From positions 194,016 to 258,015 of the forward strand of contig CAVSEQ010000003.1 in assembly GCA_963727095.1 (NCBI GenBank): 64,000 nucleotides of DNA, in the 5' to 3' direction. Shown here piece after piece: positions 8,627-17,942 of this stretch. The translations under genes were made by a program, and so were the position numbers. The first letter of the stretch is position 1. Each line of letters begins with the position of its first letter. The notes below the pieces were generated by a model. It saw nothing but the letters and a program-made list of their open reading frames with translations, ran no database searches and was not told the origin of the DNA. The stretch comes from Candidatus Aminicenantes bacterium (GTDB taxonomy: Bacteria > Acidobacteriota > Aminicenantia > Aminicenantales > Saccharicenantaceae).

Positions 8627-9541
8627 ATGCCTATGGATAACGCCGCTATTCTTAAACGCATCGCGGAGCTGAAACAGCGCGAAAACGCGGTTATTCTTGC
8701 CCATAATTATCAAGTGCCGGAGGTCCAGGACGCGGCCGATTTCGTCGGCGATTCCCTCGAATTGAGCCGCAAGGCGGCCGGGCTTGAGGCGGATGTCGTC
8801 GTCTTCTGCGGAGTTCGCTTCATGGCGGAAACGGCCGCCATCCTGTCTCCCGGGAAAAGAGTCGTCCTCGCGGCGCCGAACGCGGGATGCCCGATGGCGG
8901 ATATGATTACGGGCCGTGAGCTGCGCCTCTGGAAGGAGACATACCCCGGCCGCAAGGTCGTCTGCTACGTCAACACGAGCGCGGAAGTCAAGGCGGAGAG
9001 CGACGTCTGCTGCACATCCTCGAATGCGGTGGCGGTCGTCAACGCGCTCGGCGAGAAGGAAGTCCTCTTTGTGCCGGACAAGAACCTGGCGGCCTATGTG
9101 GCCCGCGAGACCGGATGTTCGATCATCGCTTGGGACGGATACTGTTTCGTCCACCATAAGTTCCGGCCCGCCGACATCCTCACGAAGAAGGCCCTCCATC
9201 CCGCGGCCCAGGTATGGGTGCATCCCGAATGTCCGATGGATGTCATCGACCTTGCGGACAAGGTCCTGTCCACCGGCAAGATGGTGGCGGAAGCCCGGGC
9301 CACCAAGGTTGCCGAAGTGATCGTGGGAACGGAGAAAGGGATCATATACCGCTTGGCCAAGGAGAACCCCGCCGTCCGGTTCTACCCGGCCAGGGATACG
9401 GCGCTCTGCGTCAATATGAAAATGACGTCACTGGACGACGTTGCGAGAGCGCTGGCCGGGGAAGTCCCGGCCGTGACGGTTCCCGATGATATCGCCGCGA
9501 GGGCGCGGCATGCGATTCAGGCCATGCTGGAAATCTCATGA
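8627..9541 (+). CDS. nadA: Quinolinate synthase A (alternative start at 8633)
   Basis: ILAHNYQ motif and three conserved Cys for the 4Fe-4S cluster. Confidence 0.9.
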   Translation: MPMDNAAILKRIAELKQRENAVILAHNYQVPEVQDAADFVGDSLELSRKAAGLEADVVVFCGVRFMAETAAILSPGKRVVLAAPNAGCPMADMITGRELRLWKETYPGRKVVCYVNTSAEVKAESDVCCTSSNAVAVVNALGEKEVLFVPDKNLAAYVARETGCSIIAWDGYCFVHHKFRPADILTKKALHPAAQVWVHPECPMDVIDLADKVLSTGKMVAEARATKVAEVIVGTEKGIIYRLAKENPAVRFYPARDTALCVNMKMTSLDDVARALAGEVPAVTVPDDIAARARHAIQAMLEIS

Positions 9542-9554
9542 GGAGCCGCCGATC

Positions 9555-10058
9555 ATGAAGAAAATGACCGAAGAAAGCCTCAAGACCGCCTACGCCGGCG
9601 AAAGCCAGGCCCACGTCCGTTATCTGGCCTTCGCGGAAAAGGCCGAAGCGGAGAACTACCCTAATGTCGCCCGTCTCTTCAGGGCCAACGCCTTCGCCGA
9701 ACAGATCCACGCGACCAATTACCTCAAAACCCTGGCGGGAATCGGGAACGCCGCCGATAATCTCGAGGCCGCCGTCGGCGGCGAGAATTACGAAGTGGAA
9801 GAGATGTACCCGGCGTTTTTGGCCGTTGCCGCTGCCCAGGGGGAGAAGACCGCGGAGATGTTCCTGAACGCGGCGCTCCAGGCCGAGAAAGTCCACCGCG
9901 GACTCTACCAGCACGCCAAGAAGATGGTCGAATCGGGCCAGGACTCGGCCGGCGGCCCGATCTATGTCTGCCCTATGTGCGGATTCACCATGGAGGGCGA
10001 TGCTCCCGACAAGTGTCCCATCTGCGGCAGAACGCGTAACACTTTTGTCGTGTTTTAG
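9555..10058 (+). CDS. rbr: Rubrerythrin (diiron domain + C-terminal rubredoxin-like CxxC...CxxC domain)
   Basis: MKKMTEESLKTAYAGESQAHVRY..., ExxH motifs, C-terminal CPMCG...CPICG; RBS AGGAG upstream of ATG 9555. Confidence 0.85.
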   Translation: MKKMTEESLKTAYAGESQAHVRYLAFAEKAEAENYPNVARLFRANAFAEQIHATNYLKTLAGIGNAADNLEAAVGGENYEVEEMYPAFLAVAAAQGEKTAEMFLNAALQAEKVHRGLYQHAKKMVESGQDSAGGPIYVCPMCGFTMEGDAPDKCPICGRTRNTFVVF

Positions 10059-10122
10059 ATAACGCCCGCGGCTCACGAAAGCCGCGCCGGTGGGTCGGAG
10101 CGCCGCGAGGAGGGAAGGGAAT

Positions 10123-10632
10123 ATGGGTATTGACCGGAATCTGAAACCCTGGCAAGTTCTGGAAGTCGCCGTCAAGTCCGAGATCGACGCGGAGTCGTTT
10201 TATACGCGGCTCCGGGGACGCGTCAAAAACGTCATCCTGATCGAAAAGTTGAGGTTTCTCGCCTTGGAAGAGGCGCACCACCGAACGATCATCGACCGGC
10301 TCTTGAAGCAAAGGTTCCCGGGACACGCAACGGACGTGCCTGAGAAATCCCTGATGCCGCCGATCGCCGCAGCCCTGGACGACCGGGCTTCGGTTCCTGA
10401 TCTTTTCGCCGCGGCGCTTCGCGCGGAGGAGGCGTCGGAGGCCTTTTATAAGGAGGCCCTTGAGCTGGCGGCGGACGAGGGAAGCCGGCGGATGCTCGCC
10501 TATCTCAGCCGTGTCGAACGCAGCCACCAAGCGATGATCAAATCCGAGATTGAGCTCATCGAAAAGTTCCCGGACTACTACGACGTCGAAGATTTTCACA
10601 TCGCCCAGGACCTTTTTCACGTCGGCCCGTGA
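10123..10632 (+). CDS. Ferritin-like / rubrerythrin-family diiron protein (no rubredoxin domain)
   Basis: E...ExxH...E...ExxH ligand pattern (LALEEAHHRT; LSRVERSHQAM); RBS AGGAGGGAAGGG. Confidence 0.6.
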   Translation: MGIDRNLKPWQVLEVAVKSEIDAESFYTRLRGRVKNVILIEKLRFLALEEAHHRTIIDRLLKQRFPGHATDVPEKSLMPPIAAALDDRASVPDLFAAALRAEEASEAFYKEALELAADEGSRRMLAYLSRVERSHQAMIKSEIELIEKFPDYYDVEDFHIAQDLFHVGP

Positions 10633-10711
10633 CCGGGCTGGCCGGCATGGCCGGCGAAACAGATAGTCCGCCGTCGGTCGGCGGAGGGAATCGGCTGCGT
10701 AAGGAGGGACC

Positions 10712-11827
10712 ATGAGACACGCCTGGCGCATCGGGAAGATCTTCGGGATCGAGATCGACGTCGATTCGAGCTGGCTGGTCATCTTTATCCTGATCAGCTG
10801 GTCGCTGGCCGGGTCTTATTTCCCCAGGGCGCATCCGCATTGGGGCGTCGCGCTCGACTGGGAGATGGGCGTTTTCACCAGCCTTATGGTTTTCGCTTCC
10901 GTCCTGCTCCACGAGCTGGCCCACTCGCTCGTGGCCATTCGTCAGGGCGAACATGTGAAGAACATCACGTTGTTCATCTTCGGGGGCGTCTCGCAAATCA
11001 CCGAAGAGCCGGAAAAGCCCCTGAAGGAGCTGGCCATGGCCATCGTTGGACCCCTTACGAGTCTGGTGCTGGCCGGCGTATTTTTCGGGCTGGCGACTCT
11101 CCTCCGGCCCGTGAGCGAACCCTTGCGGTCTGCTGCGGCGTACCTGGCCGTTATCAATTTGGCCCTTGGAGTGTTCAACCTTCTGCCCGGCTTTCCCATG
11201 GACGGAGGCCGGGTTTTCCGCTCGATCATCTGGCAGATCACCGGCAACCTCAAAAAGGCGACACGGGTGGCCGCGATGACCGGCGAAGTCTTCGCCTTTT
11301 TTCTGATCTTCATCGGCATTGTCCAATTCCTCCGGTCGAATTTCGGCGGCCTGTGGTTCGTCCTGATCGGATGGTTTCTCCATAGTTCCGCGCACCAGGC
11401 GTACAGCCAGGTCATGGTGAAGTCGGCGCTCAAGGGAGTCAAGGCCCGGGACCTCATGGATACGAATTTCGAAACCGTGCCGTCCGGGCTGAGCGTTCAA
11501 ACGCTGGTGGACGACTATATCCTGAAGAAGAGCGAGCGGGTCTTTCTCGTTGCCGACAGAGGCGAACTCGAGGGGATCGTTTGCCTGGAAGACGTCAAGG
11601 CCAAGGCCCGCGACGATTGGGGCAATTCCACGGTGGGGGATATCATGACCCCTAAGGACGCGATGGTCTCCGTGCCGCCCGATGCCGACGGGGTTCAGGT
11701 GCTGACGAGCATCACCACGAAGGACGTCCATCAGGTTCCCGTGATGGACAAGGGCAAGGTGGCGGGGATCATCTGCCGGGGCGATATCCTCAGGGTCTTG
11801 CAGACGCGGTCGGACCTCGGGGTCTAG
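10712..11827 (+). CDS. Site-2 protease family (M50) zinc metalloprotease with tandem CBS domains
   Basis: HExxH (LLHELAHSL), multiple TM helices, LPGFPMDGG motif, C-terminal CBS pair. Confidence 0.85.
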   Translation: MRHAWRIGKIFGIEIDVDSSWLVIFILISWSLAGSYFPRAHPHWGVALDWEMGVFTSLMVFASVLLHELAHSLVAIRQGEHVKNITLFIFGGVSQITEEPEKPLKELAMAIVGPLTSLVLAGVFFGLATLLRPVSEPLRSAAAYLAVINLALGVFNLLPGFPMDGGRVFRSIIWQITGNLKKATRVAAMTGEVFAFFLIFIGIVQFLRSNFGGLWFVLIGWFLHSSAHQAYSQVMVKSALKGVKARDLMDTNFETVPSGLSVQTLVDDYILKKSERVFLVADRGELEGIVCLEDVKAKARDDWGNSTVGDIMTPKDAMVSVPPDADGVQVLTSITTKDVHQVPVMDKGKVAGIICRGDILRVLQTRSDLGV

Positions 11828-11846
11828 CGGAGAGGAGGGGACGGCG

Positions 11847-12503
11847 ATGGACACTGAGCGCGCGCGAATCAAGGAGATGATCCGGCTCCTGCGGAAGCAT
11901 TATGTCCGGGGCCGAACGTCGCTTGAATTCTCCAACCCTCTTGAGATTCTGGTGGCGACGATCCTGGCGGCCCAGGCCACGGACAAGCGGGTCAACATGA
12001 TCACGCCGGCCCTCTTCAAGAAATACCCGACGGCGGCTCACTTCGCCAGGGCAAGCCGGGCGGAGCTCGAAAAGGAGATTCGTTCCACGGGATTTTTCCG
12101 GAACAAAACGAAGTCCATCATCGGCGCGGCGAAAACAATCGTCGCCGATTTCGGGGGCCGCGTGCCGGACACCATGGAGGCGCTTGTCACGCTCCCGGGT
12201 GTGGCCCGCAAAACCGCCAACATCGTGCTGTCATCGGGCTTCGGCAAGGCCGAGGGCATCGCCGTCGACACCCACGCCCGGCGCCTGTCCCAAAGATTGG
12301 GGTTAAGCAAAGAAAAAGATCCGGTGAAGATCGAGCGCGACCTGATGGCGGTGATTCCGAAAAGAGACTGGCTCGATTTCAACTATTTGCTGGTCGAGCA
12401 CGGCCGGGCCGTTTGCCAGGCGCGGAAACCCAAGTGTCCGGAATGTTTCCTGAACGGGCTGTGTCCCTCGGCCAACGTTTTCTACCCCGACCTCGATATC
12501 TGA
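11847..12503 (+). CDS. nth: Endonuclease III
   Basis: HhH-GPD fold, C-terminal Cx6Cx2Cx5C 4Fe-4S cluster loop (CQARKPKCPECFLNGLC). Confidence 0.9.
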   Translation: MDTERARIKEMIRLLRKHYVRGRTSLEFSNPLEILVATILAAQATDKRVNMITPALFKKYPTAAHFARASRAELEKEIRSTGFFRNKTKSIIGAAKTIVADFGGRVPDTMEALVTLPGVARKTANIVLSSGFGKAEGIAVDTHARRLSQRLGLSKEKDPVKIERDLMAVIPKRDWLDFNYLLVEHGRAVCQARKPKCPECFLNGLCPSANVFYPDLDI

Positions 12504-13516
12504 TGATGAAAGACGCCATGCTCTGGAGCCCCGGGGAGGGCGGCAAGGCCGTCTGCGCCCTCTGCAGCCACCGCTGCGTCATCGCCCCGTCGAAATACGG
12601 GGTATGCGGGGTCAGGCAAAACGTCGACGGGCGGCTCCAAACCTACGCCTACGGCGAAGTGATCGCCGCCCACGTCGACCCCATCGAGAAGAAGCCGCTC
12701 TACCATTTCTATCCGGGTTCCAAGGCGTTTTCCGTTGCCACCGTCGGATGCAACTTCCGGTGCTCCTTTTGCCAGAACTGGGAGATTTCCCAGCCGGGGC
12801 AAAAGGGCCGCGGGACGGGCGGAACCCGGCTCTCGCCGGAGGGGATCGTCCGCGAAGCCCGGGCCGCCGGCTGCCGGAGCGTTTCTTATACGTACACCGA
12901 ACCGACGATCTTTTTTGAGTACGCCTTCGACACGGCCAAGCTCGCCCACGACGCCGGTTTGGCGAATTCTTTCGTCACCAACGGATACATAACACGGGAA
13001 GCGCTCGAAATCATCCGGCCCTGGCTTGACGCCGCGAACGTCGATTTGAAGGCGTTTAAGGACGAAACCTATAAAAAAGTCTGCGGGGCTCGGCTGGCGC
13101 CCGTGCTCGACGCGATCGGCCTCATGAAGAGCATGGGGATCTGGGTCGAGGTCACGACCTTGGTCGTGCCAGGCCTGAATGACGGCGACGAGGAACTCAC
13201 GGCGATCGCCCGTTTTATCGCCGGCGTCGATGTCGATATGCCGTGGCACATCAGCCGGTTCCATCCGGACTTCCAGTTGACCGACACCCCCCCGACGCCC
13301 GTTGGAACGCTGCGCAGGGCGCTCGCCCTTGGGCAGGCCGAAGGGCTTCACCATTGTTATGTCGGCAACATCTCCGGCGAGTCGGAGGACACGCGGTGCC
13401 CGCATTGCGGGGAGGCCGTCATCTTGCGACAGGGGTTTTTCGTCACGAGGAACAAAATCGTCGGGTCCCGCTGTCCCGTCTGCGGCCAAAGCATCGCCGG
13501 GCGTTTTGCCGACTGA
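12503..13516 (+). CDS. amrS: AmmeMemoRadiSam-system type radical SAM enzyme (AmrS-like)
   Basis: N-terminal CALCSHRC...C cluster plus radical SAM CNFRCSFCQNWEIS; start overlaps nth stop (TGATGATG). Confidence 0.8.
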   Translation: MMKDAMLWSPGEGGKAVCALCSHRCVIAPSKYGVCGVRQNVDGRLQTYAYGEVIAAHVDPIEKKPLYHFYPGSKAFSVATVGCNFRCSFCQNWEISQPGQKGRGTGGTRLSPEGIVREARAAGCRSVSYTYTEPTIFFEYAFDTAKLAHDAGLANSFVTNGYITREALEIIRPWLDAANVDLKAFKDETYKKVCGARLAPVLDAIGLMKSMGIWVEVTTLVVPGLNDGDEELTAIARFIAGVDVDMPWHISRFHPDFQLTDTPPTPVGTLRRALALGQAEGLHHCYVGNISGESEDTRCPHCGEAVILRQGFFVTRNKIVGSRCPVCGQSIAGRFAD

Positions 13517-13526
13517 TCGTGCCCTC

Positions 13527-13949
13527 ATGGACGCCTATCGGATTCTTCCCCATACCGCCGATGCCAAGTTCGAGGCCAGCGGTCGGACGCTCGAAGAGGC
13601 GTTCGGCAACGCGGCCCTGGCCCTGACCTCTCTCATGTGGGACTGGGCTGAAATCGAGCTGGCGCGCTGCTTTCCCGTCCATGTCCACGGGCTCGACAGA
13701 GAGCAGCTCCTGGTCAAATTTCTCAGCGAGATTCTTTATCTGCTCGATACCCGCTGTTTTCTTTTGGGCGCGGTTTCCGGCCTGGTCATCAGGGAGGCCG
13801 GCGGCGGCCTGGACCTCGAGGCGGAGTTCCGGGGCGATTTCCAATCCAACCGCTATAAAATTCACGGCGCCGCCAAGGCTGTAACCTATAGTGAAATGAA
13901 AATCGAAGAAGGCGAAGGCTTCAGGATCCAAGTCGTTGTCGACGTCTGA
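13527..13949 (+). CDS. Archease (RtcB activator)
   Basis: LPHTADAKF...HG...VKAVTYSEMKIE conserved archease pattern, 140 aa; 10 nt after amrS. Confidence 0.8.
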   Translation: MDAYRILPHTADAKFEASGRTLEEAFGNAALALTSLMWDWAEIELARCFPVHVHGLDREQLLVKFLSEILYLLDTRCFLLGAVSGLVIREAGGGLDLEAEFRGDFQSNRYKIHGAAKAVTYSEMKIEEGEGFRIQVVVDV

Positions 13950-13957
13950 GGAATATC

Positions 13958-15378
13958 ATGGAACTGCGCAAGATCAACGAGATCACCTGGGAGATTCCCA
14001 AACAGGGGGACATGAACGTTCCGGCTCTCATCTATGCGTCCGAAAAGTTGTTGGCCGACGTGCGGCGTGACATGACCCTGACCCAGGCCCGGAACGTGGC
14101 CTGCCTGCCGGGAATCCAATGCATGTCATACGTCATGCCCGACGCGCACCAGGGGTACGGCTTTCCGATCGGCGGTGTCGCGGCCTTCGACCTGGACGAG
14201 GGTGTCATTTCGCCGGGCGGGGTCGGCTATGATATCAACTGCGGCGTCCGGCTGCTCCGGAGCGATTTCACGGACAAGGACGTCACGGAGAAACGCAAGG
14301 AGCTTTTGGCCGAAATTTTTCAAGAGGTTCCAGCCGGCGTGGGGAAAGGGGGCGTCACCAGGCTCACCCGAAAGGTCCTCGCGGACATTCTCGTCAAAGG
14401 CGCGGAATGGGCCGTGGAGAATGGGTACGGCACGCACGACGATCTCGAGCGGACCGAGGAATACGGCCGCATGAAGGACGCGGACCCGGCCGGACTATCC
14501 GAGCGCGCTTTGGAACGCGGCGTTCCCCAACTCGGCACGCTCGGCGCCGGCAACCATTTTCTCGAAATTCAAAAAGTCGTCGAGATTCAGGACAGGAACG
14601 CGGCCGACGCTTTCGGGATCACTTCGGTGGGTCAGATCCTGATCATGATCCATTGCGGCAGCCGCGGCCTTGGGCATCAGGTCGCGACGGACTTCATCGA
14701 ACTCATGGAAAACGCCTTTGGGACCAAGGGGCTGCCCGACCGCGAGCTGGTCAACGCGCCCTTTCGTTCCGCCCTCGGCCAGCGCTATTATCGTTCGATG
14801 TGCGGCGCGGTGAATTACGCGTTTGCCAATCGTCAAATGATTGCCCACTGGGTCCGCAACGTTTTCGCCAAGGTCATGGGAACGGCCGCCGGGATGGGGC
14901 AGATCTACGATGTCTGTCATAACGTCGCCAAGGTCGAGAAGCACGACTTGGGGGGCGCGCCGTGGATCTTTGCGTCCACCGCAAAGGCGCGACGCGCAGC
15001 TTCGGCCCGGGCCGGCCGGAGATCCCCGCCGCGTACAGGTCTATCGGCCAGCCGGTTCTGATTCCCGGCAGCATGGGGACGGCGTCCTATGTCCTGGTCG
15101 GCACCGCCGAGGCAGAACGGTTGAGCTTCAGCTCCACGGCCCACGGCGCGGGGCGGGTCATGTCCAGGCACGAAGCCATGCGGCGTTTCCGAGGGGAGCG
15201 CATCCGCGACGAGATGGCGGCCAGGGGGATCGAGCTCAAGGCGACGAGCTGGAAGGGCGTCGCCGAGGAAGCCGCCCCCGCCTATAAGGACGTGGACGAG
15301 GTCGTGCGGGTTTCCCACGAAGTCGGCCTCGGCCGGATCGTGGCGCGGCTTGTCCCCGTCGGCGTCATGAAAGGATAG
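13958..15378 (+). CDS. rtcB: RNA-splicing ligase RtcB, interrupted by an apparent -1 frameshift near 14950-14960 (poly-G run); N-part frame 2 to ~14955, C-part frame 1 from ~14962
   Basis: ORFs 13958..15061 and 14962..15378 are both RtcB ([24 protein letters not shown] | [23 protein letters not shown]); reading one extra G gives the expected ...[21 protein letters not shown]... Confidence 0.85.
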
Positions 15379-15548
15379 GCCAATCGAGCCCCTTTCCCTG
15401 CCGGAGCTTCTCGGGGCATTCCCTCCGGCCGGGAGCGGACTCTCGGGAGCGACCAACACGGGTGAGGCGGAGTGACGCGGAGCCTCACCTGTGAGAAATA
15501 TCTTGAACAGGTGTTGCCTCTTGGCCTCGCCGGCGGGAAATATATGAC

Positions 15549-17150
15549 TTGAGGCTTGGAACCGACTCCTCGGTGGATTTGCGTCAGCGGGAGGCCGCTC
15601 TTTGCCCCGTTGACTTTTCGGACGGCCGTTCATATAAAGGATGCATGCGTGTCGTGCTGGCCGGATACAATGTGGACAGCTCCGTCCTCGAGGAACTAAA
15701 GAAGAACTCGCCGCCGCGCGACGATGTGACGCCGGAAACGCTCTCGGCGTCATACGCCCGCATCTCGAGAGACCCCCGTCCTGCCGACGAACTGAGGGCC
15801 GCGGCCCGGTCTGAGGTCGAACGGGCCCGCCGATCGAATGCGGCCATTATTTTTAAAATGGGCCATCATTCAGTGGCCGAGCATGCCGTTTTTAATTTCG
15901 ACATCATCGGGGTCAGCCGGCTGGCCATCGAGGAAATCGAACGATTCCGGCTCTGTTCTTTCACGGAAAAGTCGCAGCGCTATATCACGCTTGGAAGCGA
16001 TTTCGTGGTCCCCGCGGAGATCACGCGCGCCGGCAAGGCTAAGGTTTTCGTCGCGACCGTCAAGGCCCAGAACGCCCTTTATCACCGTTTGTTCGAAAAG
16101 CTCAAGCCTTTCTTTTTTGAGACGCACCGCGCGGAAGCGGCCGATCCGAGGAACCGGGCAATCCTCGAAGGCTGGGCCAAAGAAGACGCGCGCTACATCG
16201 TGAGCCTGGCGACGGAAGGCCAGCTCGGCATGACCATCAACGCCCGCAACCTCGAGCTTCTCATCCGGCGCTTTGCCGGCAGGAATAGCGACGAAATACG
16301 GGAGATCAGCGGCCGGATCGCCTCCTTGGCAAGGGAGGTGGCCCCTTCCATCATCCTGTTCACCGAGGCCTCTGAATTCGATGCCAAGACTCCCCTCGGC
16401 ACAGGGGCCGCCGTGTCCGCTCTTCTCCCGGCGGGCGGCTTTGCCCGCACCAGCCGGGCCTCTGCCCGCACGCCCGTGGCCCTGGCCGGCTGCACACCCG
16501 ATGGGGATGCGCAAATCCTCGCCGCCCTGCTCCACACGGCCTCCCATCTGAGCTACGATCAGTGCCTCCGAAGGGTGAAGAGGGCATCCTCGGCCGGCCG
16601 GCGCAACCTCGCCCGGAGCGCCTTCCGGCATATGGAGTTCTACGACTTTCCTCTTCGAGAATTCGAATACGCCGGCTTCCTGTTCGACCTCGTGGTATCG
16701 GCGTCGTGCTTTGCCCAGCTCAAGCGTCACCGGATGGCGACGCTGACCTGTCAAGGCTATGATCCCGCCCTGGGCGTCACTGTGCCGCCCTCGATCGAAG
16801 CCGTCGGCGCCGCGTCCGAATTCCGAGACTTGATCGGCCGCACGGATGACGTCCACGGCAGGCTCGCGAAAGAGGTCGGCCCGGCCGCCGATTATGTGCT
16901 GACCAACGCCCACCGGCGCCGGGTTCTCCTTGGAGTTAACGTGCGCGAGCTCTATCACATCTCCCGGCTCAGAGAGGATGCGACCGCGCAATGGGAGATC
17001 CGGAAGCTCGCGGCCGGGATGACGCGGCTGGCAAAAAAACGGATGCCGCTGGCCTGCCTGCTCCTCGGCGGAAAGGACGCCTATCCGGAAATCTACAAAA
17101 AGGTCTTCGGACGTCCGCCGCAAATGAAGCCGCCGAAGATGTTCAGCTGA
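15549..17150 (+). CDS. thyX: Flavin-dependent thymidylate synthase ThyX, tandem two-domain form (start possibly ATG 15645)
   Basis: Domain 1 SRLAIEEIERFRLCSFTEKSQRY (ThyX SQRY motif, RHR degraded to RFR); domain 2 LKRHRMATLTCQGY (RHR retained, SQRY degraded). Confidence 0.6.
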   Translation: MRLGTDSSVDLRQREAALCPVDFSDGRSYKGCMRVVLAGYNVDSSVLEELKKNSPPRDDVTPETLSASYARISRDPRPADELRAAARSEVERARRSNAAIIFKMGHHSVAEHAVFNFDIIGVSRLAIEEIERFRLCSFTEKSQRYITLGSDFVVPAEITRAGKAKVFVATVKAQNALYHRLFEKLKPFFFETHRAEAADPRNRAILEGWAKEDARYIVSLATEGQLGMTINARNLELLIRRFAGRNSDEIREISGRIASLAREVAPSIILFTEASEFDAKTPLGTGAAVSALLPAGGFARTSRASARTPVALAGCTPDGDAQILAALLHTASHLSYDQCLRRVKRASSAGRRNLARSAFRHMEFYDFPLREFEYAGFLFDLVVSASCFAQLKRHRMATLTCQGYDPALGVTVPPSIEAVGAASEFRDLIGRTDDVHGRLAKEVGPAADYVLTNAHRRRVLLGVNVRELYHISRLREDATAQWEIRKLAAGMTRLAKKRMPLACLLLGGKDAYPEIYKKVFGRPPQMKPPKMFS

Positions 17151-17164
17151 CCGGGTCAGAGGCG

Positions 17165-17195
17165 CAGCGCGTTGAGAAAAGCGCTCTATTTTTTC
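17165..17195. terminator. Weak bidirectional stem-loop (AGCGC-N10-GCGCT) followed by T6 between convergent thyX and the oxidoreductase gene
   Basis: Inverted repeat and T-run read in sequence. Confidence 0.35.
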
Positions 17196-17830
17196 AGCAG
17201 CTTAAAGGCGTGGTCCCAGGTATCGGTCCGCAGGCCGTAATAAACCCAGATCAGGCACAGCGGTTCGAGCAGCCTGGCGCCTTCGATCCCCCCGAGGTCG
17301 ACGACGCCCCAGCCGAACTGCTTCAGGATTCCGGCGACCTCCATTTTTGCCGTTTCGTCGTTTCCGCACATGAACATGTCGGGGGGACCGCACGGGAAAA
17401 CCGGCTTGAACATGTGGGCGTGGCCGACGGAATTGAAGGCCTTGACCACCCGCGACTTCGGCAGCCAGCGCTGGACGTGCTCACCGGCGGAATCGGTATG
17501 GCCTAGGACGAGCTCGGGGAAGGCATTCGGCGGATAGGCCAGCGGATTCGTGGCGTCGATGACAACCTTGTCCGCGAGGTTCCCGGCCCCGGCAAGCCGC
17601 AGGGCGTTCTCGGTGCCGTCCCAGCTCGTGGCAAGCACCGCCATCTCCGCAAACGCGGCCGTCTCCGCGTAAGTTCCCGCCGAGGCGCCAGGCCCGGCCT
17701 TCTTCAGCCACTCCTTAATTTCTTCCTTCTGAGGCGTGCGGCTGCCCATCTTGACGTCGTGGTTTAGCTTTGAAAAACCGAAGCCGAGAGCCTGACCGAC
17801 AGAACCGGAGCCCAGAATGCCTATTTTCAT
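17186..17830 (-). CDS. NAD(P)-binding oxidoreductase of the F420-dependent NADP oxidoreductase / NpdG-like family
   Basis: N-terminal Rossmann GxGxxG (MKIGILGSGSVGQALG); RBS GGAGGG upstream of ATG at 17830. Confidence 0.6.
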   Translation of the reverse strand: MKIGILGSGSVGQALGFGFSKLNHDVKMGSRTPQKEEIKEWLKKAGPGASAGTYAETAAFAEMAVLATSWDGTENALRLAGAGNLADKVVIDATNPLAYPPNAFPELVLGHTDSAGEHVQRWLPKSRVVKAFNSVGHAHMFKPVFPCGPPDMFMCGNDETAKMEVAGILKQFGWGVVDLGGIEGARLLEPLCLIWVYYGLRTDTWDHAFKLLKK

Positions 17831-17850
17831 CTTACCCTCCGCGTTGTGAT

Positions 17851-17875
17851 TTGAACGACATGTCGTGACATTCAA
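17851..17875. promoter_or_regulatory. Palindromic operator-like site TTGAACGACATGTCGTGACATTCAA 20-45 nt upstream of the oxidoreductase start
   Basis: Outer TTGAA/TTCAA inverted arms and perfect inner 10-bp palindrome CGACATGTCG. Confidence 0.3.
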
Positions 17876-17942
17876 AATCTCAGCCGGAAGACCGGCTTTT
17901 GCGGTCTCGACATTCCGCCACTATCTTATAGAGAGGATAGAC

